A stretch of 35,977 nt of DNA. Source: Nanobdellota archaeon (GTDB lineage: Archaea > Nanobdellota > Nanobdellia > Pacearchaeales > GW2011-AR1). Position numbers and translations under genes: made by a program. Within the stretch, counting starts at the first letter, position 1; every line of letters begins with the position of its first letter. The notes beneath the pieces are model-generated. The model made no database searches. It was not told where the DNA came from and saw nothing but the letters and a program-made list of their open reading frames with translations. Positions 28,335-35,977 of the stretch are shown piece by piece. The stretch covers positions 1 to 35,977 of the forward strand of contig JBBSYJ010000006.1 of NCBI GenBank assembly GCA_038045305.1, written 5' to 3'.

Positions 28335-29864
28335 TTATTCCTCTATTGATTTAACCATATCTGTAAATGCAGGACGAGTAATTAAGATCCCTATAGTAAT
28401 TCCAATTAAAGTTGTAACTGCGAAACCTTTAAGCAATCCTGCTCCTGCCCAAAGCAAAGGAAGCAAAGAAACTAATGCAGTAAAGTAAGCTCCAATAATT
28501 ATTACAAATGCGCGCCTCAATCTTTCTTTGACACTTATTTCATGATATTTCCTGGATTCGTCAAGAATAATTATTTGCTGGTCTATTCCTGTTCCTATCG
28601 TCGCTAAAATTCCTGCTATTCCAAGAAGGTCAAGATTCCAACTTATAAGCGCTGCGACACCTAGAATAATAATTATTTCAGAAACAACAGTAATCAAAAG
28701 AACTATCACTTCATTAATTTTTTTATATCTTATACCAACAACAATTGCAACGCCTATTAAAGAAAAAAATCCTGCAAATAAAATTGATTTAACAAAGTCT
28801 GAACCTAATGTAGGGGAGATTGTATCAAGTTTTGCTACTTGTAATTTAAAAGGTAAACTTCCTGTAATTAAAATTGTTTGTAATTTATTCATATTTGCCT
28901 GCGCGGCTTTTATTGCTTCTTCATTTGTCGTACCGCTTCCAGAACCAGTAATTGAAATCTGTGTAGTAACACGACCTCTAAGATCTTGGCTTATTCTCAA
29001 ACTATCAACCAATTGTCCATCCAAATAAAGATCTAATGGCTGAGACAAATAATTCCCTGATGAATCGCCCGGAACAACTGACAAGTTTTGAGTAAGTGCA
29101 CCCTGCCTTTCTGCTGCCACCGGACTTAAGTATAATGCAAACTGGAAATTACAATAATAAACTCCAGATGCATCCTGTGAACAAGAGGTTATTCCTGCTT
29201 CCTGCCCTGAACGCGCAACAGAAGTAATATCTTTCTTACCTCCAATAAAAACAGTATCATTTCCTATTTTTGCTTCAAAGTTTCCTTGTTGAGAAATTAA
29301 ATCATTTAAATCAGAAGGTGTTGCTCCGGCAATTTCAATTAAAATAAAATGATTGTTTGATAAATCTGAGACAGGAGAAATACGCACATCAGAAATTCCA
29401 AAAGTATTAAACCTATTTTCAAGTATAGAAACTAAATCTGATGTTTCTTGGGTAGTTAAAGTGTGATTTTCTCCTTGAACTAAAGCCCTTGCACCTCCTG
29501 AAAGATCCAATCCAGTTTTCAAATTTGTAGATGGGATATTTGAGACTGTAATTTCTGGGGGTTGTGAAAGGAATAAAACAAATTCTCCCTCGTCTGTTTG
29601 GATATCAACCTTTACAGGATCATTTCCTACAAATGTTTTATTTACAATATCAGAAAAATCATCCAATGACTCTATTTTATTGCCATTTATTTCTGTTATT
29701 ATCTGGCCTTGGCGCAAGCTCTGATTAAATACTGTGGAATTTTTTTCTACAGAATTAATTACAACGCCAGATTCAAGAAATTTTGGTGGAATTCCAAATA
29801 TAGCTATTAAAGAAAAGATTACAACAATTATTAATAACCAAATTTTCCAGCCAAGTTTAGCCAT
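28335..29864 (-). CDS. secD: Protein-export membrane protein SecD
   Basis: N-terminal TM helix, a large periplasmic-type domain with LKTGLDLSGGARAL, and a C-terminal 5-TM bundle. It lies directly downstream of SecF with an 8-nt overlap. Confidence 0.85.
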   Translation of the reverse strand: MAKLGWKIWLLIIVVIFSLIAIFGIPPKFLESGVVINSVEKNSTVFNQSLRQGQIITEINGNKIESLDDFSDIVNKTFVGNDPVKVDIQTDEGEFVLFLSQPPEITVSNIPSTNLKTGLDLSGGARALVQGENHTLTTQETSDLVSILENRFNTFGISDVRISPVSDLSNNHFILIEIAGATPSDLNDLISQQGNFEAKIGNDTVFIGGKKDITSVARSGQEAGITSCSQDASGVYYCNFQFALYLSPVAAERQGALTQNLSVVPGDSSGNYLSQPLDLYLDGQLVDSLRISQDLRGRVTTQISITGSGSGTTNEEAIKAAQANMNKLQTILITGSLPFKLQVAKLDTISPTLGSDFVKSILFAGFFSLIGVAIVVGIRYKKINEVIVLLITVVSEIIIILGVAALISWNLDLLGIAGILATIGTGIDQQIIILDESRKYHEISVKERLRRAFVIIIGAYFTALVSLLPLLWAGAGLLKGFAVTTLIGITIGILITRPAFTDMVKSIEE

Positions 29865-30786
29865 TATGAACTCCTTTAGGGTTTTCCATCCTGGATTCCC
29901 CTCCTTCTTTTTTTATTACATACCATTTAAGTAAAGAAACATTTGTCACCCATGTGTTAAATATATCAAATAACAATCCAATTGTTAAGACCGTAAAAAT
30001 CTGTGTTAAGACTATTGAAGTTGATTTTACAATGAATAAAGAAACTAAAACAGAAACTAATGCAGTCAGAGTCATTGTGATTCCTGTTTTGAAAGAGCTC
30101 CAAATTTTATCATTTATATTTCCCGCTCTTTTTAGAACACGATTTGTAAGCAAAATATCTGTATCAACAGAGTAACCAATCAACATTAAAAATGCAACAA
30201 TTCCTGCGGAGGACATTTCTATTTTTAAGAAATCAACTACTGCAAGTGTCATTAAAATATCTGCTGCTGCAGAAATAACAACAGCGCTTGATGGAACAAA
30301 AGATCTGAATAAAATAAAAATAACTATACTCATAAGTAAAAAAGCAACCAGAACCGCAAGGATAAGTTGTTCATAAAATGAACTGGAAAGAGAAGCACCT
30401 GTAAATTCAAAGCTGCTATTATCAGTAGTTAATTTGTAACCAAGGTAAGATTCCAAAACTGAACGTGTGACGTCGGAATCAGATTTTGTCTGGATTATAG
30501 TCCCAATTTGCTGACCAGTAGTTAAATCAGATATCTCATGAATACTTACTGAGTCCAGTTTAGATTGAAGGTCGTTAGTTAGTTTAATAGGATCAAGGGC
30601 TTTTGGAATAGTTACAGAAGTACCCCCTGTTAAGGAAATATCTTTTATTAAAAAGTCGCCAGTTTGATTGTAAAAATAACCTATGTAAACTATTGACGTG
30701 ATAAATAAAAGTATGGATATTAACAAAGACAACTTGTAATAATTGTCATGAAACTTCCCAAATTTTGTTTTTTTGTTTTCTTCCAT
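29857..30786 (-). CDS. secF: Protein-export membrane protein SecF
   Basis: 309 aa with 6 TM helices and the SecF-type GYSVDTDILL motif. Paired with SecD. Confidence 0.85.
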   Translation of the reverse strand: MEENKKTKFGKFHDNYYKLSLLISILLFITSIVYIGYFYNQTGDFLIKDISLTGGTSVTIPKALDPIKLTNDLQSKLDSVSIHEISDLTTGQQIGTIIQTKSDSDVTRSVLESYLGYKLTTDNSSFEFTGASLSSSFYEQLILAVLVAFLLMSIVIFILFRSFVPSSAVVISAAADILMTLAVVDFLKIEMSSAGIVAFLMLIGYSVDTDILLTNRVLKRAGNINDKIWSSFKTGITMTLTALVSVLVSLFIVKSTSIVLTQIFTVLTIGLLFDIFNTWVTNVSLLKWYVIKKEGGESRMENPKGVHNG

Positions 30787-30807
30787 TTTTACTTATATCC
30801 TTGACCA

Positions 30808-30879
30808 TGCGCGGACCGGGATTCGAACCCGGATCTCCTGCTTGGAAGGCAGAAAGTCTAGCCATTGACCTATCCACGC
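30808..30879 (-). tRNA. tRNA-Gly (anticodon UCC)
   Basis: Hand fold of the reverse complement: GCGTGGA-TA-GGTC-AATGGCTA-GACT-T-TCTGC-CTTCCAA-GCAGG-AGAT-CCGGG-TTCGAAT-CCCGG-TCCGCGC-A. It forms a 72-nt cloverleaf with no encoded CCA. Confidence 0.85.
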
Positions 30880-31712
30880 GGCATTAAATTAAGGTAATTT
30901 TGATGTTTTTTTAAATGTTTGGAGTTTGCAGGTTTTATTAAATTGAAGAATTTTTCTATATCTGCTTTTTTATAGATAGAGATTTTGTTCGTCCCTTTTG
31001 ATATATTGAAGCCAGAATAAACTAAAGCATTTTTTACTTCCTCTAGAAATTTAAGATCTCCACTACTTATTTCTATAACAGGGTCTTTTTTCCTTCTTAG
31101 ATAAAAAGTACCATCTGTATCAAATAATCCCTTTAGATAAGAGATTAAAAATCCCTTAGAAATAAAAACTTGCTTAGGAATTTTTAGCTTTCCGAGTTTT
31201 TTTCCTTTTGGTAGTCCATAGATGTTAACCAAAATATCTGAAACTCCTTTTGAATAAACTCTTAATTTGATTCTATTAGGTTCTATAAAAAGAGTAAAAT
31301 TTGTGTTAAACTTCTTTTCAAAGAGTATTTTTAAGTATTCAAAATAATCCTTTTCTTTAGAATTCCCCACAACACATACTTCATATTTAAATTTGGAAAG
31401 ATGACCATCTCCATTTAAGATTCCAAGTATTTCGGCGAGCTTTTTATCCATTTTAGGCGGAAGAATTTCTTTTTGAACAAATCTTGTTTTGGTAATTCTT
31501 TCATACTCTTTTATTCTTACTCCTGCAATATCTTGTATTTTTAAGAAAATATTTTCAGGGATAGAAAATCTTCCAGAAAGATAATGAAGAAACATCGCTC
31601 TGCTTACATTAAAATCAAGATAAATCTTTCTCCATGATTTATTCATTTTAACTTTTAATGCATTGAATAATCTCTTCCTTTCATTATCTTTTAATTTGAT
31701 AAAAATAGGCAT
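30870..31712 (-). CDS. Free-standing double-motif LAGLIDADG protein with an N-terminal HTH-like extension
   Basis: Two dodecapeptide motifs, LAEILGILNGDGHL and LKGLFDTDGTF. About 90 aa of N-terminal extension. The last ~3 codons overlap the 5' end of tRNA-Gly. Confidence 0.8.
   Translation of the reverse strand: MPIFIKLKDNERKRLFNALKVKMNKSWRKIYLDFNVSRAMFLHYLSGRFSIPENIFLKIQDIAGVRIKEYERITKTRFVQKEILPPKMDKKLAEILGILNGDGHLSKFKYEVCVVGNSKEKDYFEYLKILFEKKFNTNFTLFIEPNRIKLRVYSKGVSDILVNIYGLPKGKKLGKLKIPKQVFISKGFLISYLKGLFDTDGTFYLRRKKDPVIEISSGDLKFLEEVKNALVYSGFNISKGTNKISIYKKADIEKFFNLIKPANSKHLKKHQNYLNLMPRG
30906..30915 (-). promoter_or_regulatory. TATA-like box upstream of tRNA-Gly
   Basis: Minus-strand TTTAAAAAAA lies 27-36 nt upstream of the tRNA 5' end, inside the 3' end of the LAGLIDADG ORF. 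Confidence 0.4.
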
Positions 31713-31789
31713 TCAATAAGGTATAACTAAAAGATTATAAATATTACTATCTCGTACTACCCGTTAGACCATATCATAATAAATCCAAA

Positions 31790-31886
31790 CGCCCCCGGCA
31801 GGATTTGAACCTGCGACCTACGCCTTTATCAAACTTGCCTTGATTGTTAGGACGGCGCCACTCTATCCGGGCTGAGCTACAGGGGC
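31790..31886 (-). tRNA. Intron-containing tRNA, probably tRNA-Arg (CCU)
   Basis: Reverse complement: GCCCCTG-TA-GCTC-AGCCCGGATA-GAGT-G-GCGCC-[29 nt]-GGCGT-AGGTC-GCAGG-TTCAAAT-CCTGC-CGGGGGC-G. The 29 nt between the anticodon stem halves are a 7-nt loop plus a 22-nt insert. Canonical 37/38 placement gives the loop GUCCUAA (anticodon CCU). CCA (Trp) is not excluded. Confidence 0.65.
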
Positions 31887-31889
31887 ATA

Positions 31890-31973
31890 TGCGGAAGACA
31901 GGGATCGAACCTGCGCAGGCACTAAGCCACAAGAGCCTTAATCTTGCCTATTTGACCACTCTAGCACTCCCGC
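31890..31973 (-). tRNA. Type II tRNA-Leu with apparent anticodon AAG
   Basis: Reverse complement: GCGGGAG-TG-CTAGAGTGGTCAAATAG-G-CAAGA-TTAAGGC-TCTTG-[15-nt variable arm with GGC/GCC stem]-GCAGG-TTCGATC-CCTGT-CTTCCGC-A. 84 nt, lying 3 nt upstream of the next tRNA. Confidence 0.75.
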
Positions 31974-32723
31974 ATAAATAGAGTAAGGAGATAATTCATT
32001 TTTAAGTATTCTCTTTCTTATTGTAATAGAAGTATTTGGCGGGCAAAAACCAGTTTTTTCCCAGATATTATATTTTGTGAGGTGTTTAGGATTTTTAGAT
32101 CCTATCTCTTGCATCCATTTTTTTACTTGTATGCCTCCAGAAATCTTAACTGTATACGAAGATTTGTTGTTGGTATTAGAGGGTTTTCTTTCTGAGATAA
32201 GACATTTAAAGTTAAGTGACTTTAAAGAAAGATAAATTTCTTCAATTAATTTTTTAGAGGTACAAGATAAATAAATTCTTATTTGAGTATGATATTTATT
32301 GTTTTTGATAGAATAATTTCTTTGACAAGATATACTCCCATCAGTATCAAAAAATCCCCTTAAAAATCGGATAAGATATTTATTATTATTTTTAATCCAT
32401 TTTGGAATTGAAAGTTCTTTTTTAATCCCACTTGGTATTCCTAGAAAATTCAATGGCTTTTCTATATTTACACTTTCTACTGAAAGACCATAAAAATTCA
32501 TTTTTTTATTAAATACCCTCCCAACCTCTCGCGAAAAAATTGGTAGCATTATTTCTCTATTAAATAAAGGAATAATATATGAGTCATAATGTTCTTTATC
32601 CTCCAATAAATTTCCTCTTAGTTGGAATTTAACCCTCTTAGAATTACTCCTATAAGTTAAACCTCCATCTCCAAAACTTAATCCTACTAATTCTGCAGTA
32701 TTTTCATTCCTTATTATTATCAC
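31938..32723 (-). CDS. Free-standing double-motif LAGLIDADG protein
   Basis: Motifs LVGLSFGDGGL and LRGFFDTDGSI. It starts at GTG with an in-frame stop immediately upstream. The last 12 codons (AGVLEWSNRQD) are the translated 5' third of tRNA-Leu, and the stop TAA lies in the anticodon loop. Confidence 0.75.
   Translation of the reverse strand: MIIIRNENTAELVGLSFGDGGLTYRSNSKRVKFQLRGNLLEDKEHYDSYIIPLFNREIMLPIFSREVGRVFNKKMNFYGLSVESVNIEKPLNFLGIPSGIKKELSIPKWIKNNNKYLIRFLRGFFDTDGSISCQRNYSIKNNKYHTQIRIYLSCTSKKLIEEIYLSLKSLNFKCLISERKPSNTNNKSSYTVKISGGIQVKKWMQEIGSKNPKHLTKYNIWEKTGFCPPNTSITIRKRILKNELSPYSIYAGVLEWSNRQD
31998..32005 (-). promoter_or_regulatory. TATA-like box upstream of tRNA-Leu
   Basis: Minus-strand TTAAAAAT lies 25-32 nt upstream of the tRNA 5' end, embedded in the LAGLIDADG coding sequence. 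Confidence 0.4.
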
Positions 32724-32792
32724 CTATTTCAAGAGGTAAGTGAAATATTAAATTGTTTCAATAATTCCAGAATAGTAAACAAAAAACAAAAG

Positions 32793-32800
32793 TTTAAAAA
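32793..32800 (+). promoter_or_regulatory. TATA-like box upstream of 5S rRNA
   Basis: TTTAAAAA lies about 22-30 nt upstream of the inferred 5S 5' end. Confidence 0.4.
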
Positions 32801-32821
32801 CTACTATTTATCTCAAATATT

Positions 32822-32933
<112 letters not shown>

Positions 32934-32934
32934 A

Positions 32935-32944
32935 CTTTTCTTTT
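32935..32944 (+). terminator. Oligo-T tract after 5S rRNA
   Basis: TTTTCTTTTT lies immediately 3' of the 5S closing helix. Archaeal RNAP terminates at such T-runs. Confidence 0.4.
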
Positions 32945-32981
32945 TATCAAAATTTTTAAAGTACTTTTAATTATAATTAAA

Positions 32982-33977
32982 ATGGAAAGAGGGGGAAAGT
33001 TAAGCGTAGAGTTTATTGTTATAGCACTCATTCTTGCCTTTTTAATATATTTCTTTTTAGGAGTTAGTTATGTTACTCTTTCTAATATGTATAAAATTGC
33101 AATAGCTTTATTATTTCTGGGAATTTTTTATATAACAAGAAGAAGAAATATTTATGAATTTACATTATCTGCTTTGACTGGTGCTACAATTTTTATTTCT
33201 CTTGAAATAAGTTTTGATTTGGGAATTTGGATAAATTTATCGCTATCATTAGTTTCAATTGCAATAAGTTGTTATTCTTATGAAAAGATTAAATTCAAAG
33301 ACAAATATGCTTTAATATTATTTATTTTATATATAATTGTCTGGGGTATTCTTGCTTTTAATGTTAGTTACAGAGATGACTGGATTATGGAAAATTATCT
33401 GACTGTTCCTTTTGTAATATTTATTTTAGTTTCATACAGATGGTTTAAACTTTCAAATATTTCATATAGCTTAATTTTTGTTTATATGACTTTACATATA
33501 ATAGGAAGTCATTATACTTATTCTGAAGTTCCTTTCGGTTTTTGGATGCAAAACTTTTTGGATTTAACCCGAAATCATTATGATAGAATAGTGCACTTTT
33601 CATTCGGGCTGCTTCTAGCTTATCCTTTGAGGGAATTGTTTGTAAGAATTTCAAATGTAAAAGGATTTTGGGGCCTTTATATTCCTATAGAATTTGTTTT
33701 GGCATTTAGCGCAATTTATGAAATAATAGAATGGGCAGTTGCAGTGATTTACGGGGGAGATTTGGGAATTGCTTATTTGGGAACGCAAGGGGATATATGG
33801 GATGCGCAGAAAGACATGGCCCTAGCTGGACTTGGGGCTTTATTTGCAATGATTATCACTTTCTTGATAATAATTTATTATAATTCAAGAAAATTCTTCA
33901 TAGAACTTGGAAAAAGTTTCAAAGTTAAGCAAAAAAGCATACTTGGTGAAAGAATTATTTCTAAATACAAAAGATAA
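32982..33977 (+). CDS. DUF2238/YjdF-like inner membrane protein with an extra N-terminal 4-TM extension
   Basis: The C-terminal ~210 aa carry YRDDWIMENYLT, HIIGSHYTYSEVPFG, RNHYDRIVHFSFG and GTQGDIWDAQKDM, which I recognise as the DUF2238 pattern. Confidence 0.6.
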   Translation: MERGGKLSVEFIVIALILAFLIYFFLGVSYVTLSNMYKIAIALLFLGIFYITRRRNIYEFTLSALTGATIFISLEISFDLGIWINLSLSLVSIAISCYSYEKIKFKDKYALILFILYIIVWGILAFNVSYRDDWIMENYLTVPFVIFILVSYRWFKLSNISYSLIFVYMTLHIIGSHYTYSEVPFGFWMQNFLDLTRNHYDRIVHFSFGLLLAYPLRELFVRISNVKGFWGLYIPIEFVLAFSAIYEIIEWAVAVIYGGDLGIAYLGTQGDIWDAQKDMALAGLGALFAMIITFLIIIYYNSRKFFIELGKSFKVKQKSILGERIISKYKR

Positions 33978-34013
33978 ACTTAAATTTTTAAAGTGATTTT
34001 GACCTAAGTAATT

Positions 34014-34292
34014 ATGGTAAAAAAAAGAGTTTCTAAAAACGAAGCAAAAATAAAGATGGATGAATTCTTTTCAGAGATTGATAATAAAAGTTCAAACGAA
34101 GTTAAAAAAATAAAGAAGCTTGTAATGTCGGCGAACATTCCTTTAAAAGAAAAAAGAAAATTATTTTGCAAGAAATGCCTAAAGCCATATAAAAATCCAA
34201 AGATAAGAATAAAAAGAGGGATGAAAGTTATTATTTGCCCGAGTTGTGGTTTTATGTCTCACTGGAAATTAAGAAAGTTGAATGGGGATTAA
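34014..34292 (+). CDS. RNase P protein component 4 (Rpp21/Rpr2-type zinc ribbon), short form
   Basis: 92 aa, basic, with a C-terminal FCKKC...(17)...CPSCG four-Cys ribbon preceded by a helical region. Confidence 0.55.
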   Translation: MVKKRVSKNEAKIKMDEFFSEIDNKSSNEVKKIKKLVMSANIPLKEKRKLFCKKCLKPYKNPKIRIKRGMKVIICPSCGFMSHWKLRKLNGD

Positions 34293-34513
34293 TTTTTCTT
34301 TTGGAATAAACTCCAGATGATATAGATGATTAAGCCAGTGAGTATACTGAAAAAAATAGTTTTTATATCTAAAGACGATCCGATAAGAGGATAACATCTT
34401 TCAGGGCCCCCTGCAAATTCCAAACAGGCTTTTGGTAAAGAGAGAATATAATCTGCAACAATAAAAACTAAAACAGATACAACACTCTTCCACAATGTAG
34501 GTTTAAAATCCAT
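34289..34513 (-). CDS. Small two-TM membrane protein, unknown function
   Basis: 74 aa with two hydrophobic helices flanking CLEFAGGPERC. Its stop overlaps the Rpp21 stop (TTAA). Confidence 0.4.
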   Translation of the reverse strand: MDFKPTLWKSVVSVLVFIVADYILSLPKACLEFAGGPERCYPLIGSSLDIKTIFFSILTGLIIYIIWSLFQKKN

Positions 34514-34555
34514 AATATGTTAACATGATAGTTAATTAAAAATCTATCTATGACT

Positions 34556-34753
34556 TCAACTCTTTTTGAACTTACCAGTTAATTCAATTAAGTCAGTCTG
34601 TCCTATGAAAACCGCCCTGCAACAATAACGTTCAAGACCAAGTTCATCTAGAACTTTTTTTGCTGACTCGCCATTTGCTGTCCTTTTTTTGAATTCTTCC
34701 CAAAGGTGACCAACTGGCTTTCCGCATGAGAAACATCTAACTGGAATTATCAT
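34556..34753 (-). CDS. rpoN: DNA-directed RNA polymerase subunit N (Rpb10 homolog)
   Basis: MIIPVRCFSCGKPVGHLWEEF...RYCCR is the canonical Rpo10 zinc-bundle signature. 65 aa. Confidence 0.9.
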   Translation of the reverse strand: MIIPVRCFSCGKPVGHLWEEFKKRTANGESAKKVLDELGLERYCCRAVFIGQTDLIELTGKFKKS

Positions 34754-34827
34754 AATAATATTGCTATTTAATGGTTTTTAAAACTTATGTTAACAAAGCT
34801 TAAATATAATTAAACGCAATAAGAATT

Positions 34828-35552
34828 ATGGCAAAGGTAATAATTGAATTAAAAGACGTTGCAAAATATTATCAAATGGGAGAGAGTGTTGTAAAAGCAC
34901 TTGACCATATCAATATAAAAATTGAGCAAGGAGATTTTGTTGCGATAATGGGGCCTTCTGGTTCAGGAAAATCAACAAGCATGAATCTTACTGGAAGTTT
35001 GGACTACGCATCTGAAGGAAAAATTTATCTTGATGGAGTAAATATAGAAGATCTTGATGAGTCAGAACTTGCGCAAATCCGGGGTAAGAAAATTGGATTC
35101 ATTTTTCAACAATTTAATTTGATACATAATCTAACAGCAAAAGAAAATGTTATGCTCCCATGCTTTTTCAAAACGTCCATGAAGAAAAACGGGAAGAACG
35201 AGCTGAAGAACTTCTTAAATTAGTTGAACTTGGGGATAGAATGGACCATTATCCTAATCAACTTTCAGGAGGACAACAGCAAAGAGTTGCGATTGCGCGC
35301 TCTTTGGCCAATGACCCGGAAGTAATTCTTGCAGATGAGCCAACTGGAAACCTTGATTCAAGAACTGGAGAAATTGTCCTAGAATTTTTAGGAAAATTAA
35401 ACAAAGAAGGAAAGACAATAATTATGGTTACTCATGATCCTGAAGTTCCAAGAGAATATGCAAGAACAATTTATTCCATAAAAGACGGGAAAATTGAAAA
35501 GGTTGAAAAAAGAATTGGGAAAAATAAATGGAAAAAAGTTTCCCATAAATAA
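34828..35552 (+). pseudogene. ABC transporter ATP-binding protein (MacB/LolD-type), interrupted by a single frameshift near 35158-35162
   Basis: ORF 34828..35223 carries Walker A GPSGSGKST and the Q-loop up to ENVMLP. ORF 35160..35552, in the -1 frame, continues with ...[40 protein letters not shown] and VTHD. Joined at CTCCC-A-TGC, the spacing from P to RA matches intact homologs. Confidence 0.8.
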
Positions 35553-35578
35553 AAAATGTTTTCATAATTATGATTAAA

Positions 35579-35977
35579 GAATATTTTAATTTGTCTTGGA
35601 AAGGCCTAAAACACAGAGGGTTGAGAAGCTGGCTGACAATGTTAGGAATTTTTATAGGAATCGCTGCAGTTGTTGCTTTAATTTCTTTGGGAAGTGGATT
35701 GAGAACTGCAATAACAGGACAGTTTAATGCGCTTTCTGTTGACAAATTAACGGTGCAAAATAAGGGTTCTGGTTTCGGACCTCCAGGAAGCGCAGTAGCC
35801 CAAAAATTAAATGACCATGATGTTAAAATTATTGAAAGTGTAAGTGGAGTTGAAATTGTCGTGCCGCGTTTAGTAAGGGTTGCAAAAGTAGAATATAATA
35901 AAGTATCTTCTTTTTTTTATGTTGTAGATCTTCCAGATAACAGTAAAAAGGCTGATTTTGTTTATGATTCGTTTAAT
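35579..35977 (+). CDS. ABC transporter permease (MacB/FtsX family), partial, runs off the right edge
   Basis: Not in the ORF track because the end is open. ATG at 35579. The sequence is MIKEYFNLSWKGLKHRGLRSWLTMLGIFIGIAAVVALISLG..., a typical MacB_PCD N-terminus with the first TM helix followed by a periplasmic domain. Confidence 0.75.

Noticed and set aside
31713-31789. A tRNA-like fragment in the spacer between the intron-bearing tRNA and LAGLIDADG-1. The minus strand reads GATATGGTCTAACGGGTAGTACGAG, which resembles a D-arm.
   Set aside because: No T-arm (GTTCRANYC) or acceptor pairing follows, so it does not fold into a cloverleaf or an obvious tRNA half. The region is more simply the promoter and leader of the LAGLIDADG gene, with TTTATAAT about 30 nt upstream of its ATG.
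30870-32723. LAGLIDADG ORFs as intron-encoded or intein-encoded endonucleases, or as evidence of split tRNA genes.
   Set aside because: All three flanking tRNAs fold as complete genes without the ORFs. No host-protein extein sequences flank the ORFs, and no rRNA exon sequence is adjacent.
35150-35170. Programmed -1 ribosomal frameshift in the ABC ATPase.
   Set aside because: There is no X-XXY-YYZ slippery heptamer and no obvious downstream structure at CTCCCATGC. A mutation or a homopolymer sequencing error is the simpler explanation.

Overview
This is an AT-rich (about 30% GC by eye), very gene-dense archaeal window. Archaeal origin is supported by an RNA polymerase subunit N (Rpb10) gene, an RNase P Rpp21-type zinc-ribbon protein, an intron-bearing tRNA, tRNAs without encoded CCA, and TATA-like boxes 25-35 nt upstream of the stable-RNA genes. 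The streamlined style suggests an uncultivated small-genome (DPANN-like) lineage, but that is inference. Positions ~1-27900, about three quarters of the window, form one large cell-surface glycan biosynthesis island. It holds 4 GT2, 2 GT4 and 3 GT9 (heptosyltransferase-like) glycosyltransferases, an ArnT/PMT-like GT-C enzyme and a second GT-C/polymerase-like membrane protein. It also holds a Wzx-type flippase, a GtrA/GtrB-like pair, a B12-binding radical SAM protein, two HAD phosphatases, a short SDR, a nucleotidyltransferase-kinase fusion, a half-size FemAB-like acyltransferase, AsnB and two methyltransferases. The most unusual part is a GDP-deoxyhexose tailoring module at 15.2-20.9 kb. It is built around a fusion of GDP-mannose 4,6-dehydratase to an NDP-hexose C-methyltransferase, a second GMD-family paralog, a Nudix-fold protein with a degenerate Nudix box, and two paralogous small helical proteins of unknown function. 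The right part (28.3-36 kb) is housekeeping: SecD/SecF, tRNA-Gly, two free-standing LAGLIDADG genes that each run into a co-oriented tRNA gene, a Leu/intron-bearing tRNA pair 3 nt apart, an orphan 5S rRNA, a DUF2238-like membrane protein, Rpp21, RpoN, a frameshifted ABC ATPase and a partial MacB/FtsX-type permease. I saw no CRISPR array, transposase, integrase or long repeat.
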